Shown in pieces: positions 51,350 through 63,547 of a stretch of 64,000 bases of DNA (its first letter is position 1; each line of letters opens with the position of its first letter). Under the pieces are notes generated by a model. That model saw only the letters and a list, made by a program, of their open reading frames with translations. It did not search any database and was not told the DNA's origin. This DNA is from Azolla caroliniana. Its lineage: Eukaryota; Plantae; Polypodiophyta. The translations under genes were made by a program, and so were the position numbers. Location of the stretch: positions 17,298,001-17,362,000 of the forward strand of contig JBHGNT010000009.1 in the NCBI GenBank assembly GCA_043228905.1. The letters run 5' to 3'.

Positions 51350-54300
51350 TGAGCGGGCTGAGGAGGCAATGGAAAAGCTTCCTTCCATCGTCCTCGATGG
51401 CCCTCTCTGCCCCTACGTCAACAAACCTCTCGTCGAATAGCGCAATCTAGACTGGGATTGGCAATGAAGGCATTTGACAGCGACATGTCTTTGGCAACAG
51501 GAGGCAGAACGATTGGAAGGCGGAAAATGTTGATGCAAGGCCAAAGCATTGAGAGATGCAACACTATTTTGGAGATGGCGATGGTCAAGCTTCCTCCAGT
51601 GGACATAGTAGGAACAGGTATGGATCCAAACTCTCCTCGAGTTGAATTAGTAGGTACTTGTATGCATTCAGACCAAAAGGACCAAAAGTCGATAGGGGGG
51701 GACATGTTGCAAGCAACCCTTTTGGATAAAATGCTGCCTATCCAGAATATTTTGCGAATGGGCCTTAACTATCACCATGTGATCTTAAAAGAAGGCCATA
51801 ATGTGCAAGAGATTCTGGACCACAAATGGATTATGCTCAAGTATAGCAAAGCCATGATTTTGGAATGGAGTCCAGACTTTGATGCAATGGAGGAGCATTA
51901 AAAAGCGGGCACACTAGTGGTCATTACCGTATGCTTCCCAGACCTACCATTCAACCTCCATCATTTGATCCCAAAGATGGCACACAATATTGGGATGGTA
52001 TGTATAGAGAAACCCTCGTTTGCAGATAAGGTTGTAAACCCCCCCCCCCCCCCCCCCCAAGCTTAAGGTGTTGGTTAGAGACATAAAAGAACTACCAACA
52101 GAGATTAGAGTCCACACGGAGGATTTTGGCCTAAGGGTGATGAAGGTTGGCTATGAAGGCATGCCAGGTTAGTGCTTTGCATGTAAGGAAATGGGCCATA
52201 TGGCCAAACATTGCCCTCTATATTGGAAGAAAAGAGATGGCAAGGGAAACTAGGGCATCAAGTTGCCTGATAACCCAATGTCAGTGATGGGAGGGCAGAA
52301 GATCCTTGTTCATGATGGGAAGCAAGTCACTGGGAAGAAGGATGGGTAACACCGAGGAAAGTGGCCAGGTCTAACATTCACAATCTTAAGGGTCCTCCTA
52401 CAAGTGATGGTTCCAGTTTGAATAGATTTGATATCTTGTCCCAAAGGGAAGAGGAAACCCAAGAGGGCGAGGTATTTTTGACGACTCCAATTGATTTTCT
52501 TCCAAGGGTCGAGACCCACGAAACACTTGTAGAGCCCTTTGAAAGCCGGGGCAAGAGATTTTCATCTGACCTAAGAATGGTTAAGGCGTGGATTAGGAAA
52601 GGGAAGGACAAGGAGAGTCATGCGGACATGGGTAATAGTGATGTGCAGAAAATGATTGCCCGGATTGAGGCCGGAAATCCCTCGATTGTGGGAGTTGACT
52701 TTGTTATGATGAAAGACTGGCGGATGTAAAGTATGGAGGTACCCAAGGTCGCGGTGACCATTGTTAATCCCAAGGAAAGCGTTCATGGTTGGAATGGTCC
52801 TCATCAATAATGACTCTGGTAGACCGGAGATCGGTTGCTCCTTTGAATTGGAGCCTGATTTGGAAGATGGAAGGGGAGAAGAATCCTCCTTGAAGATGTT
52901 TTGTAACAAGGCAACAATGTGTATGCGGTACCTTGCATCTGAAAATGAGGCTAAGGGGTTGCATACACAATGGAAGAACTCCCCGATACACGGGGATTTT
53001 GTGGAACTTGGTCCAAATGTTCCCTTGGTTTGCATATGGAGGGCGCATGATCTTATGCTAAATCTTGGTTAGTTCCACTTCCATTGTGGCAAAATACCCA
53101 CGGATCAAAAATGGGAAATAAGAATGGAGCGGGAATGTATATGGAGTCTGATGACGACATATTTGTCGAGCAAGGGTGAATCCCCCTTGGCTCTTCTTTT
53201 GAACCCAAGTCAATGAGACTTGACTCTTGGAATGTGCAGGGACTTGGTGGGTCACATCATTTACTTGAGAAGCAAATTTTTAGGAAGGAATTTGAAGCTG
53301 TTGGCTTATGTAGGACGATTGATATTTTGCTCTTAAAAGAGCATCACCTTGGACGAGAAAGAACAAAACTATTCAAAGACCCGCTGCCTAGGGATTGGCA
53401 CACATGGTGGGCTCTAGGTCATGGTGTGCTAGAGAGGAGAGGTGGAGTCTGTAGTTTGGTGAGAAAATCGGCGGATATCACCATTTTGGATCATGGCATA
53501 CTGATAGAAGGAAGGGTCATGTTTTGCTACCTGGAATGGAGGAATGTGAAATTTGGGGTGCTGAATGTCTATGCACCAAATAGTAGCAGTGAGAGGACCT
53601 CATTTTGGAGTGAGCTGGCAAACAAAATTCCCTCTAACAACTAGATAGTAGTAGGAGAGTTTAACATGACCGAAAGAACTGATGATTGTATGGGGGCTCA
53701 TTCGAACTTGTTACAGGGAGGGGAGCTTAGAGCATGGGGTTTCTTAATTGATATGCTTGGAATAAGAGATTCTTGGTATTCTAGTATGTTGGTTGAGGTG
53801 AATTCCTTGCGGTTTTCATGATTTGGTTGGAAGGAGAGTGAAGGATGCCACTCTAGATTGGACCGCATCTATGTGAGCCCCAGAATTGAGGATTAGAGCG
53901 GTTGCACATCCATTCCAGTTGGCTTTACCTACTCCGATCACCTTCCAGTTTCCTTGACTCTCGATCCTATTCATAAGAAGAAGAGTGAATGCAATTTGAG
54001 GATTCCTCCGAAGATTTTTTTTATCCAGAAGGTTAAGGATGAAGTGATTAACATCTGGTCGTCATCTCCATCATCCGACAACCCGATATAGGTATTGGAG
54101 GAAAATATTGTTAATTCTTCACATGCTCTTCAGAAAGCGGCTAGAGAGGGGTTGGTAAGGTGTCAATCCCAGCTGCAACACCTGAGGAAGGCAATCATCT
54201 TAGCTCAAAAGCTTACGCAAGTGGGCCCACACTGTTCTTGGGCGAAAGATAGACTATAGGAAGCCACGAGGGTGTTGCAGGAGATTAGGCAGCAAAGGGA

Positions 54301-56024
54301 GCAATTCCTCTTCAGAAAGTCGGCAACATGGTGGGCTGTCAAGGGAGATAAAGTTAACATGGAGTTTTTTCTTACCAAGGCTCCAAAACTGAAGGGAAAG
54401 CATATTCTAAGTCCTAAGCGAGAGGATGATTCGTTGGCAACTGACCAAGATGAAATCTTGCAATTGGCAACGAAATAATACAGAGTCCGTTTAGCTCGAA
54501 TGTTGATAGACGCCCCACCAATTAACTTGATGCATAATGTCGTTGCATGCTTGAAGACCAGGATTAGAGAGGTAGCCAAAACATAGTTGTCAAAGACCAT
54601 AAAGAAGGAAGAGATTGTAGTGGGGCTAGATAGGATTCATAGCAGGGCTTGCCCTGGAGTTGATGGCCTTCCCAAAGGTTTCCTCGTGGAATTTTGGGAG
54701 CATATTTTTCCTAGTTTGGAAGCTGGATTCCAGGAAATGTGGAGAATGGGAAGGATGCAGAGCAACTTCAATGAAGGATTGATATACTCGATTCCTAAAT
54801 CGGAGAAGGTGTCGCATAGGATTAGACAGTGGAGACCCATCACCATTTTAAATCTCATTTATAAAAAATTTGCTAACATACTAGTGCAGAGAGTCAAGCC
54901 TTTTCTAGGAGATATCATCCAAACCAATCAAACTAGTTTCATGAAGCATCGATATATTATGGACAACATGATATTGTTTTGGGAGTCTGTTGCGACGGCG
55001 AGGAAGCAAAACTTAGCTTGTCTGATGCTTGACTTCGAGAAAGCCTATGATCGAGTGCAATGGTATTTCCTTGAAGAAGTGATGAAGGTGATTGAGCTAC
55101 CGTGGGAATGGAGGTGTGCTGCTCAAGCCTTATACAGGAATGATTCAAGTAAGGTGTTGATTGCAGGGAGGAAAGGAGGTAGAATCTCTCTAACTAGATC
55201 CATCAGGCAAGGTTGTCCTCTTGCCCCCTTTCAATTCCTCTTTATTACTGAAGCAATGTCTGCCTTTTTGAATAGTCAGGCAACAAATTTACATGGTCTT
55301 TCAATCCCTAACACAAGCAAGTCCTTGCTCGACTCGGAGTTAGTGGATGATATGATGCTATACCTCCAAGGTAATGAAGCGAATTTGGGGAGGGCACATA
55401 TTGCTATCGATCTCTTTTGCAAAGCATCATGAGCCGCCATAAATTGGAATAAGTCCAAGGGTTTCTGGATTAGCTCAGAGACAGAGCCGATATGGAAACC
55501 AAATGTTGAATTCAGATGGATTGCAAAAGGGGTAGGCACCAGATATCTAGGAATGTGGATTGGTGTAGATATCGACAAAAGAATATAGTTGTGACAAATT
55601 CAAAGTCAAATTTGTGACAAATTCCGCATTTGGTTAGGGATGAATTTATCATTAGCTGGAAGGATCATAGTAGCTAACCATGTGCTCTTGTCTACGCTGT
55701 GGCATGCGGTCTCATTGTGGATGTTTGACAGACATGCTATTCGTATTGTTAAAGCGTGTATCAGGGGCTTTCTATGGGTTGGGAATATGAAAGACAAAAC
55801 GTGGCAGCTAAAGTGTCATGGTCTATGTTAATTCTTCCCAAAAGTAAGGGGGGTTTAGGATTGATTGAACTTAGAGTACAGAGTCAATCATTGCTATGTA
55901 AGGTATTGGTAAGGAGCTTGCTGCCTAGAAATGAGTTATGGAAAACACTAATTTTTAATAGGAGCATACTTTGGAGTCCACAATGTGGTGGGCATTGGAA
56001 GCCACATAAATCATGACTATTTTG
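51350..56024 (+). mobile_element. Near full-length degenerate L1-type LINE: ORF1 ~51460-53150, ORF2 53213-56020 (APE endonuclease and RT); 3' end cut off by an LTR insertion
   Basis: ORF1 knuckle CFACKEMGHMAKHC. Endonuclease SWNVQGL, LNVYAPN, SRLDRIY, SDHLPV. RT WRPITILN, LDFEKAYDRV, IRQGCPLAP, ELVDD. Confidence 0.93.
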
Positions 56025-56689
56025 TGTTAAGCGCTTGGATTGCACCACGACCGGTAATGAAGAAGAGTGCATCAACAAGGACGTAGTATGGCTAAAGGAC
56101 CTACGAAGAGGGAATGGCAAGAGGAAAGAGGGCTAAGGGACACCCAAGTGTGAAAGGTCCATACCCTAAATGTAATGCTATATAAACCACATGGTGGTAG
56201 CTTTGTAAGGGTTCTTCCATTGGTAAAGATCTCCCTATTGATTAAGAGTTAGAGCTTCCTCTCCTCCTTCTTGTAACCTTTAAGCTTAAGAGAGATTAGT
56301 GAAGTGTTTAGTTAGAGAATACTAATCTCTCTTCCTTGTTGGTGCTAGACATCTTAGCAAAGAGGGTTAATAACATATTCATTACTCCTATTGTCTATAT
56401 TCCTTACCCTATTGTCTATGAGAGTGAGCTTGAGAGAGTGAAAGAGATATCGTGCTTAATAATCTATTAATCGTTAAGTGAGTGTGAGGCTTGGAGGTGT
56501 CCGACAACCATCTTCGCCCGATTTGCCATCAAAAGGGTATACGCCGGTCTGAACTCCGCAAATGACATTGAGGAGTTAACTCCATCGATACATAGATCCT
56601 ACACATCTATTTGGCGCCGCTACAGGGGATACGACCGATGCTTGAAGCCGACTTCGAGTGGTCAAACACTCATAGGCAACCCACTTAAT
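56025..56689 (+). mobile_element. Ty3/gypsy (Athila/Tat-like) 5' LTR (~56025-56605) with PBS 56612-56629, interrupted by the DNA transposon
   Basis: The LINE frame stops abruptly at TGTTAAG. TATA-like tatataa at ~56179. ...ACA is followed by TGGCGCCGCTACAGGGGA, which resembles the TGGCGCCGTTGCCGGGGA PBS of Athila-type elements. Confidence 0.72.
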
Positions 56690-56954
56690 GAGGGAAGAAA
56701 TCGAAAGGAAACGACTATTTGTGTTAATTAAAATACTCACTATTTCACATTTTAATTAATTTAATTTTCTATTTTTTTTAGTTTTAATTTACCCTTCCTT
56801 AATCACCCGGACATTAGCAAGTTATTCGTCCGGTTAATGCTAAGCATTGTTGAGATTTAGCTGTTGCAGGGCAAGAAGAATCACCGCGATTCTCGCTGAT
56901 TATGATCATCCTACGGGACATGAAACGGCCGTTAGCGCCAAAAAATTCAAATTT

Positions 56955-57546
56955 CCCACTCAAAGTTCGTCGAAAGATCAGAGTTCGATATGGGAAGCAT
57001 CCTTTGACGAAAGATCAAAGTTTGCCAAACCCGCATCTTTCGATGAAAGATCAAAAGTTTGCCAAACCCACAAAGTTCGACGAACCCACATCTTTTGACG
57101 AACCCAATCCTTCGACGAAAGATCAAATTTTGCCAAACCCTCAAAGTTTGACAAACCCACATGTTTCGACGAAAGGTCAAAGTTTGCCAAAGCCACAAAG
57201 TTCGACGAACCTACATCTTTCAACGAACCCACATCTTTCGATGAACCCACATCCTTCGACGAAAGATCAAAGTTTGCCAAACCCTCAAAGTTTGACGAAC
57301 CCACATCTTTTGACGAAAGGTCAAAGTTTTCCAAACCCTCAAAGTTCAACGAACCCACATCTTTCAACGAAAGGTCAAAGTTTGCCAAACCCACAAAGTT
57401 TGACGAACCCACATCTTTCGACGAAACGTCAAAGTTTACCAAACCCTCAAGGTTCGACGAAAGATCAAAGTTCTATGAACCCACATCTTTCGACAAAAGG
57501 TCAAAGTTCGCGAAACCCTCAAAGTTCGACGAACCCACATCTTTCG
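56955..57546. repeat. Subterminal array of 18-bp-based modules with a near-palindromic TTCGACGAA core
   Basis: Shuffled units 'tcaaagtttgccaaaccc', '.caaagttcgacgaaccc' and 'acatctttcgacgaaagg'. Confidence 0.9.
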
Positions 57547-58124
57547 GGGTGGAAGCACGCTACGGTGTACTTGAAAAGTATTGTTTTTTGCCACAAAAAT
57601 TGTTAGTACTTTCGATACTGTTAGTACTGAATAATTCAGAAAAAAAAAATCAGAGAAAAAAAAAATCGATTTTGGAGAGTGGGGTGACTGTAGTACAAGT
57701 GTCATTTACTACAAGGAGTGGAGGGAACACGTGAGGCGATGTTCTTTCCATTTTGGGGGCTATTTTCCCCTCACGTCAATTTTGGCGGTTCCCCTCATAC
57801 TCCTCTTCCTCTATCCCTCTGAGCTCTTCATCTCAGACATCCATGTCACGTTTCTGCTTTTCCTCCAATCTAAGAGTTTTGTTAGGGGTTAGGGAGAAAA
57901 TCTCAGACATCCATGTCAGGTTGGAGCTTTTGAGTTAAGGATTTCTGGTTTTTTTAGGGTTTCTGTTTTTGTTAGGGTTTACGTTGAGGAACAAAGACTA
58001 TTTTGAGGCCTCTTATAACAGCCAATAGTGACTTCTTCGAGAACGACTTTCTTACTTCCACCGATTGTAGTTTATGTCGTGGTGATTTGGGGCTTTTTCC
58101 ATCGAGGCGAGGATGCTTCCACTG

Positions 58125-58510
58125 AATCCAGGCAGCATATCACAAAGATTCAAGGCTCCCTCCACCATTGGAGGTTCTTTCCAACAAATCAAGGCGGCAT
58201 ATCACACAGAATCAACGCTCCCGCCACCATTGGAGGTTCCTTGCATCCAATTTTTTTTTTTCAGGACTAAAATTTTTCATTTCTTCATTTTTCAGTACTA
58301 AATTTTTAGATTTTACAATTGTCAAATTTGTACGTCGTGCTTCCACAATTGGAGGTTCCTTCTAGCAAATCGAGGTGGCATATCACACTGAATCAACGCT
58401 CCCGCCACCATTGGAGGTTCCTTCCATCCATTTTTTTATTTTCAGGACTAAAATTTTTCATTTCTTCATTTTTCAGTACTAAATTTTTAGATTTTACAGT
58501 TGTCATATTT
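58125..58510. repeat. Two-copy ~180-bp duplication upstream of the transposase
   Basis: 'catatcacac.gaatcaacgctcccgccaccattggaggttcc...tttttagattttaca' starts at ~58198 and ~58379. Confidence 0.85.
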
Positions 58511-59970
58511 GATTCGTAATTCTAATGTTTGAAACGAATTATTTCTCACTTTGCAGGCCACATTTAAAAACATTTGATTGTGTTTTCTTAGTGTAGTCTA
58601 TATAACATTAACTACTCTCGCCGGACACTTAATTTTTTTGGATAAATCTAGTGATCAAATGGGGGTCCCCAACAAGAGTGAGTTGTCAAGTAACTCATGT
58701 ATATCTGAAAGGACCAAGAGACGGGTGGTTCTTCACATAGTTCGTTATTTGGTAGAAATAATGAAGAGATTTAGTGAAGAGGATCGTAGCCCATATTATA
58801 TGTAGAGTGTTACACCATCAATGTTTGAATGAAGACATGGAGAGAATAAAATTTAGGGACCAATGTGTTTCAGAAGAGATTGTAGAGTCTATGAAGTCAT
58901 CTCTAGACTTAGTGAAAGGTGTAGAGAGCATAGACAAACTTGCTGCAAAGAGGGCAGCCCTACACATGGTTGTGAACAATGCGAGAGAAAAAAAATATAG
59001 TGATACTAAAGTTGCCTTAGCCTTGGGTATTCAAAGAAGGAACTTGAGGAAACATCGCCGAAATATACACTCAAGCCAATTCAAGTGGCTAGGGTTGGGA
59101 CGTAGACGACGATGCGATGCCTTATCTCAAGAGATTATTGAGAAAGTGGATTCATTTTGGGCCAAAAATACGCGTGTCTCACCAAATAAGAAGGACATGT
59201 GTAGACAACGAATAAGTCAGGGTAAGTACCAGATTCACCCTAGACACTTCTTGGAGATGGCAGAGGTATTCCATTTTTTAATATCAATTCACATTCCATA
59301 AATTTGTGTTTTGACCAAGTGTATATTAATGTTTGCTATATATATTGGTTGATGTAGGCTGAATTGTACATGAACTTTAAAGACCAACATCCAAGCTTGA
59401 CTGTTGGATTCCACAAGTTCCAAGGTTTGAAACCATTTTATGTTAGAAAATTAAATGAGAGGAATACATGTTGTTGTGTGTACCACGTGAAGATGGACAT
59501 GTTAAGGCTAGGAGTGAATGCAATGCGTACTGATTCTAAGGGTATACACGGGGAACTATGTGTCTGCACTTGTGAGGTTTGTAGACCAAATGGGGAGGAT
59601 AATAGGTGTAATGCACGAAACATGACTTATGCATCCGTTTCTGAGCTATGGAGGTCTTGTGTTTGTGAAAAAGAACCATCATGTGAGTGGCATCGTCGTA
59701 CATGTCTATTAAGAACATGTAAGGTTTGTCCGCTACCATTATTTTGTAGGCAGGAGCTTGATTTGGGAAACAATCATATCGTGAAATGGAAATATTTAGA
59801 GTATGTGACTGAAAATATTGGCAAGGGACTTGTAACTAAGCGTATCAAGGAAGTATATAAGGAGACATGTGCTGCTACCCTTGTCTCAGAATTTAAGAAA
59901 CAACTTGGGGAGTTCATTCCACATAACTTCCGGAGTTATTGGCAAAATTCACAGTTCAAGGAATGTATTA

Positions 59971-60429
59971 ATAACTTACCAACGGGTGTCATCGTATCCA
60001 TTATTACTTTGCAGAAAACTATACATTTAAAGTTCAAAATGAGGTTCAATCAATGCATTGGTACAATGATCAATGTACAATACTTGTACATATTTGCTAT
60101 TGGAGGCAAGACTGTGACTTACATAACTTACCAACGGGTGTCATCGTATCCATTATTACTTTGCAGAAAACTATACATTTAAAGTTCAAAATGAGGTTCA
60201 ATCAACGCATTGGTACAATGATCAATGTACAATACTTGTACATATTTGCTATTGGAGGCAAGACGGTGAGTTACATAACTTACCAACGGGTGTCATCGTA
60301 TCCATTATTACGTTGTAGAAAACTATACATTTAAAGTTCAAAATGAGGTTCAATCAATGCATTGGTACAATGATCAATGTACAATACTTGTACATATTTG
60401 CTATTGGAGGCAAGACGGTGAGTTACATA
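59971..60429. repeat. 3 x 152-bp tandem amplification within transposase exon 2
   Basis: 'ataacttaccaacgggtgtcatcgtatcc' starts at 59971, 60123 and 60275. Confidence 0.95.
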
Positions 60430-60859
60430 AGAAATCAATATTTTACATTTCAGATGATAAAAAGCATGATACACTATTTGTTCAACATTGTTTTAAGCTT
60501 CACCATACAGATTTATTGTCTCTAGGGTTAACCTTTAACTGTCATTGGGTTTGGTCTGATGGTGCTGCCTCACAGTTTAAGGCGACACGATCGTTCTACT
60601 TTATTGCCAGGTAATTTTTAATCCATATGTTTAGTACTTATCATGCAATGTGTAAGGAAGTAATTCTTGTGTTAGTGCATGCATACTAATTATGTTTGTA
60701 ACTATTCACACAGAGTACTATTCACATGGATGCATACTAATTATGTTTGTAACTATTCAAACACAACACTATTCACATGGATGCATGTATACTAATTTTG
60801 TTTGTAACTAAGTTAACTGTTCTTGATTGATCAAATAGTACTATCCTGTCACGTGAATC

Positions 60860-62380
60860 TATGTTTATTATCTTTTAATCCATGTGAAGTGTTCTCCATA
60901 GACAAAGTGTACTATGTTGTGTGTTGTATCTGTACTAAATCAGTATTTACAGAAGAATGTAAAGTACTTGTCTTGTACTCATAGTATTGTTTGTCCTTAA
61001 GAGAATTGTACTAATTATCTTTTAATCCATGTGAAATGTTCTCCATAGACACATTGTACTATGTTGTGTGTTGTATCTGTACTATGTTGTGTTTACAGAA
61101 GGATGTAAAGTACTCGTCTTGTACTCATAGTATTGTCCATCCTTAAGAGAATTGTACTAATTATCTTTAATGCATGTGAAGTGTTCTCCATAGACACATT
61201 GTACTATGTTGTATGTTGTATTTGTACTAAATTAGTATTTACTAAAGGATGTAAAGTACTCGTCTTGTACTCATAGTATTGTTCGTCCTTAAGAGAATTG
61301 TACTAATCATCTTTTAATCCATGTGAAGTGTTCTCCATAGACACATTGTACTATGTTGTATGTTGTATTTGTACTAAATTAGTATTTACTGAAGGATGTA
61401 AAGTACTCGTCTTGTACTCATAGTATTGTCCGTCCTTAAGAGAATTGTACTAATCATCTTTTAATCCATGTGAAGTGTTCTCCATAGACACATTGTACTA
61501 TGTTGTGTGTTGTATCTGTACTAAATCAGTATTTACTCAACTTGTACTCATAGTATTGACTGTCCTTAAGAGAATTGTACTAATTATCTTTTAATCCATG
61601 TTGAGGGTTTTCCATGGACACTGTATTGTACTATGTGTTGTATCTGTACTAAAGAAGTAATTATCGAAGGATGTAAAGTACATGTCTACTACTCATAGTA
61701 CTGTCCTAGATTGAAGAGTTTGTACTAATTATCTATTAATCAATGTTGAGTGTTCTCCATGAACACATTGTATTGTACTTGGTGTTGTATCTATACTAAA
61801 TCAGTAATTATTGGAAGATGTAAAGTACATGTCTTGTACTCATAGTACTGTCTTATATTGAAGAGTTCGTACTGCTTATCTATTAATCCATGATGAGTGT
61901 TCTCCATGAACACACTCTATTGTACTATGTGTTGTATCTATACTAAATCAGTGTTTATTGGGGGATGTAAAGTACATGTGTTGTAGTACTAATTATCTTC
62001 TAAGGAGGGTTGTGTTCTTTGTGGACACATTGTGATGTATTGTGTATTGTATCTGTACTAAATCAGTATTAATGAATGTAAAGTACTCGTCGTCAGCAAC
62101 ATAGTACTATCTGATATTGAAGAGTTTGTACTATTTATCTGTTAATTCATGTAGAGTGCTTTCCATGAATTCATTGTACTATGCTTTGTGCTGTATCCAT
62201 ACTAAATTAGTATTAATGGATGCCAAGTTCACATGGTTGACAACATAGTACTATTTATCTTTTAATAAGTGTAGAGTGTTCTCAATGGATATGTTGTGCT
62301 ATGCTTTGTTTTGTATTTGTACTAAATCAATATTAATGGATGTGTAGTACTCTCGATTGACAACATAGTACTAATTTTGT
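60860..62380. repeat. Tandem array, ~147-bp period, ~10-11 units, filling transposase intron 2
   Basis: 'catgtgaa' anchors at 60881, 61028, 61173, 61320 and 61467; units become more degenerate distally. Confidence 0.92.
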
Positions 62381-63547
62381 TGGAAACTTGAGATACAAAA
62401 GCAGGTATTTCTCCTTATTCAACATTCGTATGCAATGGAACTACTTCGGGTCTGGACATGGAAAAGGAGAGCCTGATAGCGCGGGGGCTGTGATCAAACG
62501 TGCCCTTACAAGTGAGCAGTTGGATAATAATGGTGCTAAGTTACAAAATGCGCATGATGTTGTGCAGTGGCTAACATGGAAGATGTCAAATGATGGTAAG
62601 AACAGATTGTTTATTGAAGTTCGCCTTGATGAGGTTGATAGAACTAAATCATATGGTTGTAAATCCGTGAAAGACACACGCAACACCCATTATGTATTAG
62701 GGCTTAGCCGCAAGGACACAACACAATTGTTACTCCGTACTTTATCATGCTTTTGTTCCATGTGTATAGATGAAGCTTGGGATAAATGCATCAACCTATC
62801 AATCGTCGAGCCCTGGAAGCTTCAGAAGCTTGAGCCTGAACGACAAGATGATATTGAAGAGGACGCACATTCAAACGATATTGTATACTACAACCAACAT
62901 CAAGACTTGGCAATTTTATTGGAAGTTGGAGATCATTTTGCAGTGCTCAAATCTCCTCAGAATGAAGATTTAGAAGACTACTACATTGTGGTGTGCAAGC
63001 AAGGCAATACATTATTGAAAGAAGTGGTGAGGGATGGCTGGGGCAACAATTTCAACCTTGGTGAGTCTGTCGTGTATGGAAACTATTATGCAAAGTTGCC
63101 GCAGTGCAAGAACACATATGCATTACTAAAAGAAGCACCGATCGCAATAATCTACATTGATGCCATTCTTGCGATCAAATTCAATATGACTCAAGCAAAG
63201 CACAAGGTTAAGGGATACAACATTGTCTACAAGGTCCCCCAAGAGGTTCATGAGCACATATTAGGGGAGGTCTCTCTATTTAATGCTTGAAAGTCACCCT
63301 ATCAATACATTGTACCAGAAAACTGAAAAACATCCACTTGTAGTTCACTATTTGATGTATTGATATATTAATTTTGATGATTGACAAATGAATCGATTTC
63401 AGACATCACTAACAGTTCAGCTTAAGTTCAAGTAAGACAATCGAAAGACACTAGTATAACTATTTCAGATAAATGAGATAGTATTTTGGTATACCAAATA
63501 GTTCGATTTCTCACATCACTAACAGTTCAAGTACAATCGAAAGACAA

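Larger units (their letters stand above)
58659..63290 (+). pseudogene. Sola2-like transposase pseudogene. Exons ~58659-59265, 59358-60610, 62405-63290
   Basis: GT-AG introns keep the frame. Motifs: TCCCVYH and a Cys-rich region, (D)FAENY..QSMHW, ISDDKKHD, WVWSDGAASQFK, WNYFGSGHGKGEPDSAGAVIKR, RTLSCFCSMC. Frameshifts near 58785 and 60006. Confidence 0.78.

Noticed and set aside
56902-57606. 234-aa repetitive ORF and a 154-aa antisense ORF
   Set aside because: Both are by-products of the 18-bp-period repeat array; there is no domain or gene context.
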